A stretch of 64,000 nucleotides of DNA from Candidatus Saliniplasma sp. (GTDB lineage Archaea > Thermoplasmatota > Thermoplasmata > Halarchaeoplasmatales > Halarchaeoplasmataceae), in assembly GCA_046497075.1 (NCBI GenBank), contig JAWOGF010000038.1, positions 1,306-65,305 of the forward strand. Direction: 5' to 3'. Shown here in pieces: positions 9,235 through 19,009 of the stretch. Positions within the stretch are counted from its first letter, which is position 1, and each line of letters starts with the position of its first letter. The notes under the pieces are model-generated. The model saw nothing but the letters and a program-made list of their open reading frames with translations, was not told the DNA's origin and made no database searches. Made by a program: the position numbers and the translations under genes.

Positions 9235-9863
9235 ATTCCAAAATAAGACCCTTCGATGAGAAAAGTGAGCGTTACGAAAACTGGTTCGATAGGAATCCAG
9301 CAGTGTATAAATCAGAGTTGATGGCTGTTGGAAAACTACTATCGAAAGAAGGAAAAGGAATAGAGATCGGCGTGGGAAGCGGAAGGTTCTCCGAACCACT
9401 CTCTATCTTCATAGGGATTGACCCGTCCAAAGAGATGCTGCAGATCGCTAAGAAAAGAGGTATTCGAGTGATAAGGGGCATGGGAGAATATCTCCCACTT
9501 AAATGCTCAGAGTTCGATTTCGTGCTCATAGTCACCACGATATGTTTCTTCGACGATGTCAAGCTTGCATTGAGAGAGGCCTATAGGATATTGAAGCAAG
9601 GAGGAAAAATAATCATCGGTTTTATAGATAAGGATAGCCAGGTAGGACAAGAATACCAAAGAAAAAAAGAGAAAAATGTTTTCTATAAAGATGCAAAGTT
9701 TTACTCTGTAAACGAGGGGGTAGAACTGTTAAGAGAAACTGGTTTTTCAAACTTCAAATACACGCAAACAATATTCGATAGATTAGATTCTATTGATGCA
9801 GTAGAAAAGCCTAAGGAAGGATATGGGGAAGGTTCTTTCGTTGTGATCAAAGGAAAAAAATAA
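9231..9863 (+). CDS. Class I SAM-dependent methyltransferase (Methyltransf_11-like)
   Basis: GIEIGVGSGRFS and LKQGGKIIIG motifs; overlaps the previous gene by 4 bp. Confidence 0.7.
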   Translation: MNSKIRPFDEKSERYENWFDRNPAVYKSELMAVGKLLSKEGKGIEIGVGSGRFSEPLSIFIGIDPSKEMLQIAKKRGIRVIRGMGEYLPLKCSEFDFVLIVTTICFFDDVKLALREAYRILKQGGKIIIGFIDKDSQVGQEYQRKKEKNVFYKDAKFYSVNEGVELLRETGFSNFKYTQTIFDRLDSIDAVEKPKEGYGEGSFVVIKGKK

Positions 9864-10050
9864 GCTAGAAATCCGATAGTTTAAATAGAGAACACTTAGC
9901 CGATGAGGTTAGATCGACGGTTCTCAAGCCCAACATTAACAACTAACGCTAACGATAATCTATAAATAGTATTTGTAATACTACAGTATTCAACTATAAT
10001 ATTATAACCAGGAAAAAACGGAAACGTCAAAAAACATAAGATCGGTGTGA

Positions 10051-11856
10051 TTGATGCAAAAATCTAGTATATCCAAGAGAGCAGGGAAAAATTCAAACAC
10101 CCAGATGATACCAACTTTGATGAGATTGGGGGGTTATACAAAGAGGCACTGGATCAAGATCATAGGGGTAATGGTGGCTGTTTTCATATCCACAGCACTC
10201 GGTTTGATACCTCCATGGCTGATCAGATATGGTATAGACAATTACATACTTGAAGGGAATATCGAACGTCTTTGGATCATCGCCCTAGCCATGGTGGGTA
10301 CGGCTTTACTGAAAGGCGTTTTTGATTACGTAAAAAGCTATATCTCGGAATATATCGCCCAGAACATCATACACGATATAAGAGTGAAGCTGTATGAGCA
10401 CATGAATAAACTATCTTTTTCATTCTACGATGAATCTAGAACGGGAGACTTGATGGCCCGTATAACCACAGATACAGATACACTCCACCGTTTCCTAGGC
10501 AGGGTCAGCACCTTTGTTTCTGAGAATATTTTAACGATCATAGGTATCATGATAATAATGTTGTTTTGGGACTACCGATTAGGGATCCTCTATATCTTGA
10601 TATTACCCCTCATGGTTTTCGGCATGTACATGTATTCTTCTAGAGTTAGACCTATGTTCAGGAAGGTCAGGAAGAACTTTGCAAAACTTACACATCTGGT
10701 TAAAGAAAACTTCGTAGGTATGGATGTCATCAAACTTTTCGGGAAAGAAGAGGAGGAAAAGAACAGATTCGATAAACATAACCAGGACTACGTAGATATA
10801 AACATCAAAGCTTCAAAGGTTTCTGCTCTCTGGATGCCCTACGTTCATTTTCTGATTGGGGTTAGTACCGCGTTGGTGGTTTGGTACGGTGGTCGATTGG
10901 TCGTCCAGGGTGATATCTCTCTGGGAATGCTAGCAGGTTTCCTAAGCTATATAGCTATGCTTACCCGACCAGTTAGGCAGACAGGTATGATGATTAATTT
11001 TACCAACCAGGCTACCGCTGCAGCTGAGAGAATCTTTGAGGTATTGGATAAAAAACCAGACGTTAAAGATGATCCTGACGCATATGAGATGCCTTCCGTT
11101 AAAGGAAGAGTTGAATTCAAAGATGTGGATTTTTCATATAAAAAGGGAAAACAGGTCCTGAATGATATGAATATAGATGTTGAACCAGGCCAGACCATCG
11201 CCATAGTAGGTCCCACAGGAGCTGGTAAGAGTACACTACTGCACCTGATACCCCGTTTTTATGATATCGATGATGGACAGATAATGATAGACGGTCATGA
11301 TATCCAAAAAGTGACTATCGACAGTCTGCGAAAACAGGTTGGAATCGTTCTACAGCATACATTCCTTTTTGGCGCATCTATTAAAGAGAATATATCCTAT
11401 GGTAGACCGGATGCAGATATAGAAGATATCAAGAGATGTGCTGAGATAGCACAGATACATGATTTTATAGAATCATTACCACTCGGATATGAAACGCCTA
11501 TCGGTGAAAGAGGCGTTGACATCTCAGGAGGACAGAAGCAGAGACTGGCGATGGCGAGAGTATTGCTGACCGATCCAAATCTACTCATCTTCGATGAGCC
11601 TACTTCCAGCGTGGATGCTGAAACAGAATCCAAGATGCAGAAGGCTATGGAAGAGGTGATCAAAGATAGAACCACATTCGTTATAGCCCATAGATTATGG
11701 ACCGTTCAAAATGCAGACAAGATACTGGTACTGAAAGATGGTGAGATCGTCGAGAAAGGTAAACATGCGGAACTGATAGAGAGAAAGGATGGTTTCTATA
11801 GGAGTATCTATCACCAGGTGTTGAAAGATGAGAGTGAGGGAGGTGGATCTAGATGA
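10051..11856 (+). CDS. ABC exporter, fused permease-ATPase (MsbA-like half transporter)
   Basis: Six-TM N-terminal domain; Walker A GPTGAGKST; signature ISGGQKQRLAMAR; Walker B LLIFDEPTS. Confidence 0.9.
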   Translation: MMQKSSISKRAGKNSNTQMIPTLMRLGGYTKRHWIKIIGVMVAVFISTALGLIPPWLIRYGIDNYILEGNIERLWIIALAMVGTALLKGVFDYVKSYISEYIAQNIIHDIRVKLYEHMNKLSFSFYDESRTGDLMARITTDTDTLHRFLGRVSTFVSENILTIIGIMIIMLFWDYRLGILYILILPLMVFGMYMYSSRVRPMFRKVRKNFAKLTHLVKENFVGMDVIKLFGKEEEEKNRFDKHNQDYVDINIKASKVSALWMPYVHFLIGVSTALVVWYGGRLVVQGDISLGMLAGFLSYIAMLTRPVRQTGMMINFTNQATAAAERIFEVLDKKPDVKDDPDAYEMPSVKGRVEFKDVDFSYKKGKQVLNDMNIDVEPGQTIAIVGPTGAGKSTLLHLIPRFYDIDDGQIMIDGHDIQKVTIDSLRKQVGIVLQHTFLFGASIKENISYGRPDADIEDIKRCAEIAQIHDFIESLPLGYETPIGERGVDISGGQKQRLAMARVLLTDPNLLIFDEPTSSVDAETESKMQKAMEEVIKDRTTFVIAHRLWTVQNADKILVLKDGEIVEKGKHAELIERKDGFYRSIYHQVLKDESEGGGSR

Positions 11857-13643
11857 GAGGTGGCTTCGGTAGAAGGATCCGTTCAGATAGTGAAGAAGAT
11901 TTTTCTATCAAGAAGTTGGATAAAAGAGCTTTGAAGTTTTTATTCAGATATCTAAAAGAGCACAAAAAGATGCTTTTTTTATCAATCTCAGCGATGATCC
12001 TGATGATTTTAGCTAGTCTAGCAGGACCATTTTTGATAAAGATAGCTATAGATGAATATATCATGAAAGGTGATATGGAGGGTTTAACGTTCATATCCAT
12101 CCTCATGATACTGGCATACGGTGCGTACTGGCTGTTTTCGTATTTTCAAACATATCTTTCTAACTACATAGGCCATACCATAGTCGGAGATATCCGTGAA
12201 GATCTCTATGAACACCTACAAAATCTATCTATCGACTTTTTCAGGAAACATGACACAGGAGATGTTATGGCCCGTGTCACCCACGATGTCAATGCTTTAT
12301 CCGAGCTAGTCTCTACGGGATTCGTGCATCTTTTGAGTGACCTTTTCACACTCGTAGGTATAATCATCGTAATGCTCTATCTGGATTACAGATTGGCTCT
12401 AGTAAGCATTATAACAATACCTTTCATATTCTTCGTGGTTTATTTCTTGGGTAAAAAAATGCGTTCAGCATACAGAGATGTTAGAGAAAGATTGGCTGAA
12501 CTGAACGCAGATGTAGAGCAGAATCTTTCCGGGATAAGGCTGATCCAGGCCTTGAACAGAGAGTCCAAAAACGAAGGAGAATTCAGTAAACTCAGCTGGA
12601 AGAATTTAAAAGCCAATCTTAAAGCGGCCTCATACTTCTCTCTGCTGTTCCCGATAATGACTTTGAGTAAAGTTCTTGGGGAGGCACTGGTACTTGGATA
12701 CGGTGGATGGGGGATCGTTCAGGGTACAGTGACTCTTGGAGTGTTGATAGCCTTTATGGATTACGTACGCAGATTCTTCGGACCTCTAGCCGATATGAGC
12801 CAGGTGTTTAATACTTATCAGTCTGCAGGGGCTTCTTTAGACCGCATATACGAGTACATGTCTATTGAAACGTCTATTAAAGAGTCGGATGAACCAAAAT
12901 CACCTGAAGGTGAAATAGAAGGTAAAGTAGATTTCGAAGATGTAGACTTCAGCTATGGGGAGGAAAGGATCATCGATGATCTGAACCTTCATATCGAATC
13001 AGGAGAAAACTTCGCACTTGTTGGATCCACTGGTGCAGGTAAAACAACGCTCGCGAACTTACTGACAAGACTATACGATGTGGATGAAGGGAAGATAAAG
13101 ATAGATGGTATCGATATAAGAGATTATTCGACTAAAGAACTTCGAAAGATCATATCCATCGTACCACAAAATGTGTTCCTCTTTGATACTTCGATAAAAG
13201 AAAACATTCGTTTTGGAAAACCAGAAGCTACTATAGAAGAGATAAAAAAGATCACAAAAGAGATAAATGCACACGACTTCATCGAAGGCCTTCCTCGAGG
13301 ATACGAAACCAGAGTTGGAGAAGAAGGTGTTAAACTTTCAGGAGGGCAGAAACAGCTCGTTTCTTTTGCTAGAGCGATGCTGGCAGGTCCTAAGATACTG
13401 ATACTCGATGAGGCCACATCTAGCGTTGACGCATATACCGAGGTCCTGATACAGAATGCGATGGACAAACTACTCAAAGGACGGACGGTTTTTATGATAG
13501 CACATCGGTTTGCTACTCTTAATAAAGCAGATAGAATTGGGGTTTTAGAGAATGGTAAACTGATAGATACTGGTACTCATGAAGAACTGATGGAGCGAAA
13601 CGATACTTACAGGAGATTATATGAGAAACAGAGCGGGGGATAG
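11853..13643 (+). CDS. ABC exporter, fused permease-ATPase. It is the probable heterodimer partner of the gene at 10051..11856.
   Basis: GSTGAGKTT, LSGGQKQLVSFARA, ILILDEATS; 4-bp overlap with the upstream gene. Confidence 0.9.
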   Translation: MRGGFGRRIRSDSEEDFSIKKLDKRALKFLFRYLKEHKKMLFLSISAMILMILASLAGPFLIKIAIDEYIMKGDMEGLTFISILMILAYGAYWLFSYFQTYLSNYIGHTIVGDIREDLYEHLQNLSIDFFRKHDTGDVMARVTHDVNALSELVSTGFVHLLSDLFTLVGIIIVMLYLDYRLALVSIITIPFIFFVVYFLGKKMRSAYRDVRERLAELNADVEQNLSGIRLIQALNRESKNEGEFSKLSWKNLKANLKAASYFSLLFPIMTLSKVLGEALVLGYGGWGIVQGTVTLGVLIAFMDYVRRFFGPLADMSQVFNTYQSAGASLDRIYEYMSIETSIKESDEPKSPEGEIEGKVDFEDVDFSYGEERIIDDLNLHIESGENFALVGSTGAGKTTLANLLTRLYDVDEGKIKIDGIDIRDYSTKELRKIISIVPQNVFLFDTSIKENIRFGKPEATIEEIKKITKEINAHDFIEGLPRGYETRVGEEGVKLSGGQKQLVSFARAMLAGPKILILDEATSSVDAYTEVLIQNAMDKLLKGRTVFMIAHRFATLNKADRIGVLENGKLIDTGTHEELMERNDTYRRLYEKQSGG

Positions 13644-13716
13644 ACAGTCCCAAATGAAAAACTACTAATAATAGGATATTATTAAAGTGAATCACTGAAA
13701 TATTAGAGGCGTTAAC

Positions 13717-14010
13717 ATGACTATTGAAGAAATTAAAGAGGATAAAAATAAGATAGTAGGAAAGGCGGTCGAAAAGGACAAGAAGTTCATGGAGATGACA
13801 GTCGATATAATCACTGACTATTTTGAGAAGAATCCAGAGGGTTGTTCTTCCGGTAAGATGTGCCCAGAAGCACTAGTTGCTGAATGCACAGGGATGCCCT
13901 TCATAACGGAAACAAGGATCAAGCAAGTTTTGGATATAATGTACCACGAAGGATATCTCGAAAGGGAGATACCTGAAGGCACTGGAACTCCACACTACTC
14001 ACTCAAATAA
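13717..14010 (+). CDS. Hypothetical small protein (97 aa) with a CxxGxxC pair
   Basis: ORF in an operon-like position. No family recognised. Confidence 0.35.
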   Translation: MTIEEIKEDKNKIVGKAVEKDKKFMEMTVDIITDYFEKNPEGCSSGKMCPEALVAECTGMPFITETRIKQVLDIMYHEGYLEREIPEGTGTPHYSLK

Positions 14011-14021
14011 AGAGGCTTCAC

Positions 14022-14378
14022 ATGTGTTCAGATCCCAATTGTTCAAATCAGCCTCCAACGACTGAAAAGCCTAAAACCGAATTAGGAAAACGTATACAAG
14101 AACTCCAAGGTCTCGCTAAAGCCCTACACTGCCCCACCCGGTGGGACATAATTGATATCATCGGAACTGGGACAGCCAAAACCAAAGAGATAAAGAAGGG
14201 GTTGAAAGAACGGGGATACGATATCACACAATCCGGATTATACTACCATCTTTCCGAGTTGAGAGAAGCTAGTTTAATCGAAGTAGAAGAATTTTTGGAA
14301 GAGGGGCAGGGTGCGCCCGAAAAAGTCTGGAAGTTGTCTAAAAAGAAGATAGGGATCGAACTTGTCTTTGGGGAGTAA
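14022..14378 (+). CDS. ArsR/SmtB-family HTH transcriptional regulator
   Basis: ALHCPTRWDIIDII resembles the ArsR ALadPtRlrIL motif. Confidence 0.6.
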   Translation: MCSDPNCSNQPPTTEKPKTELGKRIQELQGLAKALHCPTRWDIIDIIGTGTAKTKEIKKGLKERGYDITQSGLYYHLSELREASLIEVEEFLEEGQGAPEKVWKLSKKKIGIELVFGE

Positions 14379-15303
14379 TCCTATGACTATATCCGTAGAA
14401 GCCAGCGGTCTCAGTAAAACCTTCGGTGATGTCGAAGCGGTAAAAGATGTTAGTTTCAACGTCGAGAAGGGAGAATTCTTCGGATTCTTAGGTCCGAACG
14501 GCGCCGGTAAAACCACGACCATCAGGATGCTGACCGGGCTGATAACTCCTGATTCGGGTGAAGCTTTCATCGAGGGAGTAGATCCACATAAATATCCGAT
14601 CCATGCGAAGATGAACATGGGTGTGATCCCGGAATTCGGTAACATCTACGAGGATTTGACTGCGGAGGAGAACCTGCACCTGGCTGGAAAATTCTACGGG
14701 ATGTCAAAAAAAGAACGAGAGGAAAGGACCCGTGAGATATTGAAGATGATGAAACTAGAAGACCGGGCCAAAGACATACTTCAAAATTTTTCAAAAGGGA
14801 TGAAACAACGCGTCAATATAGGTTGTGCCATAATACATGAACCTCCTGTACTTTTCTTGGATGAACCGACCTCTGGCCTCGATGTTCAAAGTAAGAGGTT
14901 GGTCGTAGATATAATTCAAAAGATGAAGAGAAGAGGAACCACCATATTCCTGACCACCCACAACATACAGGAGGCGAACGAACTCTGTGAAAGGGTGGGT
15001 ATAATAAATAAGGGAAAACTGGTCGCTATCGACAGTCCAGAGAAGTTAAGGAATACATTCGATAAGACACAATCTATCGAGGTCTCGCTGGAAGGGGATC
15101 TTGATAAGGATGTGCTGCAGAACGATCATGTGAACAAGATAGAAAAATCCGGCGATAAGTTCACGATCTTTACGGATGATCCGGATATCACTGTGAAAAA
15201 GTTAGTAAAACTAACTGATGAAGAAGATATACAGATAATATCTCTTAGTACACGCGGACCGAGTTTAGAAGAAGCCTTCGTAAGGTTGACGGGGGATAAA
15301 TGA
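14362..15303 (+). CDS. ABC-2 type transporter ATP-binding protein
   Basis: GPNGAGKTT, FSKGMKQRVNIGCAI, LFLDEPTSGLD. Confidence 0.9.
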   Translation: MSLGSNPMTISVEASGLSKTFGDVEAVKDVSFNVEKGEFFGFLGPNGAGKTTTIRMLTGLITPDSGEAFIEGVDPHKYPIHAKMNMGVIPEFGNIYEDLTAEENLHLAGKFYGMSKKEREERTREILKMMKLEDRAKDILQNFSKGMKQRVNIGCAIIHEPPVLFLDEPTSGLDVQSKRLVVDIIQKMKRRGTTIFLTTHNIQEANELCERVGIINKGKLVAIDSPEKLRNTFDKTQSIEVSLEGDLDKDVLQNDHVNKIEKSGDKFTIFTDDPDITVKKLVKLTDEEDIQIISLSTRGPSLEEAFVRLTGDK

Positions 15304-16049
15304 TGAGATATTCAGAATTCCTAAGGGGCGTCCTGACCACAGCTGAAAAGGATATCAAGATATACTACAAGAAACCACCCGTGATAATATTCGGTCTGCT
15401 GTTCCCGTTCCTGATGTTTTTAGCGTTCTACATGGGTAGGGAGGTCGATCTAGCCCTATTCTTCCCTGGATTCCTGGCTATGACGCTGTTCTTCACTTCT
15501 TCTTCCGTGGGACCTTTGGTAACGCCGTGGGAAAGACAAGCGGGAACTTATGAAAGATTACTTTCCTATCCGGTCAACATAAAAGCGGTTTTGATGGGGG
15601 ACATACTGGCAGGGTCTTTGTTCGGGATATCCATATCAACGGTCGTACTGATAAGCAGTTCCTTTTTCATACAGATTCAGGTCGTGAGCATTCCGATGCT
15701 GATACTTTCGGTGTTGCTTGGAGCTGTGGCTTTCTCGACTCTCGGTGTCCTCATATCCGCCCCGGCAACCACTTCACCATCGTCCATAATGATGCTCTCC
15801 AGTCTGATCAGATTTCCTCTCATCTTCATCAGCGGTATATTCATACCTCTGTCACAGATGGAGGGAGCCATGAGATACATGTCCTATCTCTCACCTTTGA
15901 CTTATCTGGTGGATTCGTTCCATGCCGGTATAGGTGGGAACAATGTATTACCGATCTGGATGGGGTCGACCGCACTTATCACCATCAGCGTGATCTTCTA
16001 CCTTTTAGCTGTTAAAATACATCATCAGAACATGACCAAAGGACTGTGA
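15300..16049 (+). CDS. ABC-2 type transporter permease
   Basis: Six predicted TM segments; 4-bp overlap with the ATPase gene. Confidence 0.8.
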   Translation: MMRYSEFLRGVLTTAEKDIKIYYKKPPVIIFGLLFPFLMFLAFYMGREVDLALFFPGFLAMTLFFTSSSVGPLVTPWERQAGTYERLLSYPVNIKAVLMGDILAGSLFGISISTVVLISSSFFIQIQVVSIPMLILSVLLGAVAFSTLGVLISAPATTSPSSIMMLSSLIRFPLIFISGIFIPLSQMEGAMRYMSYLSPLTYLVDSFHAGIGGNNVLPIWMGSTALITISVIFYLLAVKIHHQNMTKGL

Positions 16050-16096
16050 ATGAGATTCATATACTATAAAATTATCAGAACTAACTCGTCTTGAAT

Positions 16097-16190
16097 AGTT
16101 AACGTATATTCGTAAAACACGTTAATCACAGTTAACGTATTTTTAGTAGTACACACTAATCATAGTTAATATATTTACAATAGTCAAAGC
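16097..16190. repeat. Three tandem imperfect ~33-bp repeats (AGTTAACGTAT..ACAC..) in an intergenic region
   Basis: AGTTAACGTATATTCGTAAAACAC, AGTTAACGTATTTTTAGTAGTACACAC and AGTTAATATATTTACAATAGTC begin at 16097, 16130 and 16164. Confidence 0.45.
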
Positions 16191-16195
16191 ACATT

Positions 16196-16324
16196 TTACT
16201 CTATTTTCTTAACGCTCACAGCTTTAAAACCACGTTCTCTCTGCTCACTATCGAATTCTACTCTATCTCCTTTATCCAGTGCCATCCTTTTCAACGGATC
16301 GAAGATTTTCACAGTTCCTTTCAT
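16196..16324 (-). CDS. Possible small ORF (42 aa) MKGTVKIFDPLKRMALDKGDRVEFDSEQRERGFKAVSVKKIE. It is not in the ORF track.
   Basis: ATG preceded by GAGGGACC (RBS-like) and an AT-rich TATA-like stretch. The start MKGTVKIF is reminiscent of cold-shock / OB-fold N-termini, but homology is unproven. Confidence 0.25.
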   Translation of the reverse strand: MKGTVKIFDPLKRMALDKGDRVEFDSEQRERGFKAVSVKKIE

Positions 16325-16437
16325 AGGTCCCTCGTCCTTTTTGTTTTGTATAACTAGAAAGCAGTATATTTTATTATCGAAGCGTTCTTTATTAATAATC
16401 CAAAAGTAATAAATAATATTATTTTATAAAAAAATGC

Positions 16438-16932
16438 ATGAAGGGAGGAGAAAATAAAGATCCTCATACTTCGGACTTTAAACACGCTGGGTTTTATTCT
16501 AGATATCTAGCTTTCAGGATCGATGCTATGGTAAGCGGAATTTTTATCACTCTACCGATACTGTTTTTATCTTTAGCTCATCTTGATGAAACTTATCAAC
16601 TGATAATCGGAGTAATAGTAGCGCTTTTCATTCCACAAATCCTATATTATACCATCCTTGAAGCAAAGTGGAACACCGCAGGTAAAAGTTTTGCAGGGAT
16701 CAAAGTAGTAGATAGGAACGGGGATCAAATCACTTTCAAACAAGCTTTTATCCGGAACTTGGAAAAACTTATCTGGGTCATACCAGTAATCGGTCAGATA
16801 TACGCCTATCTAAGTAGTCAAGCTATAAAATGGGATGATCAACGTTTTGGAGATGGTTGGGCAGATACTTATGTAATCAAAAAGAAAGAAATAAGAAGGG
16901 AACAGTACAGGCCGAGAAGAAGTAATTATTGA
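16438..16932 (+). CDS. RDD-family membrane protein
   Basis: SRYLAFRIDAMVSGIF plus two or three TM helices. Confidence 0.5.
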   Translation: MKGGENKDPHTSDFKHAGFYSRYLAFRIDAMVSGIFITLPILFLSLAHLDETYQLIIGVIVALFIPQILYYTILEAKWNTAGKSFAGIKVVDRNGDQITFKQAFIRNLEKLIWVIPVIGQIYAYLSSQAIKWDDQRFGDGWADTYVIKKKEIRREQYRPRRSNY

Positions 16933-16979
16933 CGTGCCCCACTAAAAGGATTAACTCGTGAAACTCTTCCGTAGGACCT

Positions 16980-17546
16980 TTGGTAACGCCGTGGGAAAGA
17001 CAAGCGGGAACTTATGAAAGATTACTTTCTTACCCAGTCAACATAAAAGCGGTTTTGATGAGAGATCTACTGGCGGGGTCATTGTTCGGGATATCCATCT
17101 CAACTGTCGTACTGGTGAGCAGTTCCTTTTTCATACAGCTTCAATTGTCAACCATTCCGATGCTGGTACTTTCGGTGTTGCTTGGAGCAGTGGCTTTCTC
17201 AACTCTCGGTGTCCTCATATCAGCAACAACTGCCACTTCACCTTCATCCATAATGATGCTCTCCAGTCTGATAAGGTTCCCTCTCATATTCATCAGCGGT
17301 CTATTCATACCTCTGTTAGAGATGGAGGGAGCCATGAGATACATAGCCTCTGAAACTGACGAGGAAGAAACTGACAGATTCTTGAACGGTAGGGAAGCAT
17401 ACTTCAACGATAATATAGAGGGTTACGGATCCGAAGATGATGGAGGACTGCCGTTAAGCATTTCAACAATAACAATATTAGCTGTAGCTACTGTGGTACT
17501 CATATCTTTGACCGTCCTGGTCTGGTACGGCAGAAAGAAGAGATGA
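16980..17546 (+). pseudogene. Partial duplicate of the ABC-2 permease gene (C-terminal ~125 codons) fused to a novel acidic/TM tail. Truncated paralog or pseudogene.
   Basis: DNA 16965..17345 is about 90% identical to 15495..15880 (for example ccgtgggacctttggtaacgccgtgggaaagacaagcgggaacttatgaaagattac). The protein matches VTPWERQAGTYERLLSYPVNIKAVLM...MEGAMRY and then diverges. Confidence 0.6.
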
Positions 17547-17779
17547 AAGTTGAAATCAAACAACGGTGATAAAAGGAACTCAAGTGAGCGAAGATAAGTA
17601 TATAGCTGTTGGTTATGTTAACTGTCCGAGATATAATGATATACAGGTGGTCGGATTCCATGGACTTGAGGGTGCTTGGAATCTCCTAACGAGTTCACTA
17701 CTAGTTTTAAATGAAGATAAGTAGTTTACCAGTATCTGTATCTTGGAGTGGCCAAAGAGAGGATTAAGCGGTTTTATAT

Positions 17780-18247
17780 TCAAGACTCCTCCTTTTTCTT
17801 CTTGATGGTCCTGGGACATTCCTCGATTTCACCTGTTTCATAATAATCTCTAAACCGTTCTAGCCACAGCGGTTTCTCGTGCCGATCGATAAATTCTACG
17901 AAGGATGTCAGTCTGTCCATAGTTTCATTCTTGACCACATGCTCTATCTCGCAGGCTTCTTTATCAGCTACATCTTCATCGAGTCCTAGGATCATCAGAA
18001 ATTCTTTCAATGTTTCATGTTTTTTAGACAGCTTGATAGCTATCTTCTCTCCTTTTTCAGTGAGTGTCACACCACTGTACTTTTCATAGTTGACATAACC
18101 TCGGCCATCCAATTTTTTGAACATCTCTGAGACTGTAGATAACCCTAAATCGAGTTCTTGGGAAACGTCTTTCACCCTTGCATATCCCTTCTGATTAGAT
18201 ATATCGTATATCACTTCTAGATACTCCTCATATCTTTTAGATACCAT
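17780..18247 (-). CDS. DtxR/MntR-family metal-dependent repressor, paralog of 6944..7381
   Basis: About 60% identity to the other copy (YARVKDVSQELDLGLSTVSEMFKKLDGRGYVNYEKYSGVTLTEKGE). Confidence 0.8.
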   Translation of the reverse strand: MVSKRYEEYLEVIYDISNQKGYARVKDVSQELDLGLSTVSEMFKKLDGRGYVNYEKYSGVTLTEKGEKIAIKLSKKHETLKEFLMILGLDEDVADKEACEIEHVVKNETMDRLTSFVEFIDRHEKPLWLERFRDYYETGEIEECPRTIKKKKEES

Positions 18248-18303
18248 TTTTCACACCGAGTCGGTTTTTTTGTAAATATTAATCTATGTACTTCGAACAT
18301 CAT

Positions 18304-18762
18304 TTATATCTGAATTCTAGGTATGAACATACCAGTATTTTTCTTATATCTCTCATATTTTTCTTTATAAATTTCACTCATCTGTTTCTCTTCTATCTTG
18401 CTTATTGAGTACCATATAGGTAAGAATGCGACCATTATAACAAACCACAACCATGAGAAAAAGATTAATCCCAATCCGGTTAAGAATATGTAGATTGCGG
18501 TATACATAGGATGCCTGGCGTATTTGAAAGGTCCCTCTGTCAACAATGTTTTGTCAAAGAATGCCTTTCTCATGTAGTACGCGATATAGGGCCAAAGAGT
18601 CATCCCTATTACAGTTAAAAAACCTCCAAGTATAAGTAGAAATAAGTTATCGTTAAAATCCATGAAAGTACCTGTTATCTGCCAAGAAAAAACCAGTATA
18701 CTGAACATCGTCATCCATGACGCCCTTGGTAAGATCTCTATGGATAGATTTTTCATATCCAT
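18304..18762 (-). CDS. Membrane methyltransferase of the ICMT/PEMT (isoprenylcysteine carboxyl methyltransferase-like) family
   Basis: ARHPMYTAIYIFLTGLGL motif region; four TM helices. Confidence 0.55.
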   Translation of the reverse strand: MDMKNLSIEILPRASWMTMFSILVFSWQITGTFMDFNDNLFLLILGGFLTVIGMTLWPYIAYYMRKAFFDKTLLTEGPFKYARHPMYTAIYIFLTGLGLIFFSWLWFVIMVAFLPIWYSISKIEEKQMSEIYKEKYERYKKNTGMFIPRIQI

Positions 18763-18763
18763 A

Positions 18764-19009
18764 TTACAACTCCCCCTCTTTCTCTGTCACTTTATAAACC
18801 TTGAAAGAGATGTTCGAAGAGTTACACCCTATTGGGCAGCTACTGCATTTACTGCCACAGTTTACTTCTTTAAGATATCCTTGATATTTGAGAGATTCAA
18901 CGATCGCTCTTACCGTACCTATCCCCATATCGAGTTCCTGACTTATCTCTGATAGGGATTTCCCCTCTTTGATTCTTGTAAGGATCGATCTTCTCTTACT
19001 CATCTTCAT
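18764..19009 (-). CDS. FeoC-like small regulator (wHTH plus C-terminal Cys cluster)
   Basis: LSEISQELDMGIGTVRAIVESLKYQGYL HTH followed by CGSKCSSCPIGC. Located at the 3' end of the feo operon. Confidence 0.5.
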   Translation of the reverse strand: MKMSKRRSILTRIKEGKSLSEISQELDMGIGTVRAIVESLKYQGYLKEVNCGSKCSSCPIGCNSSNISFKVYKVTEKEGEL

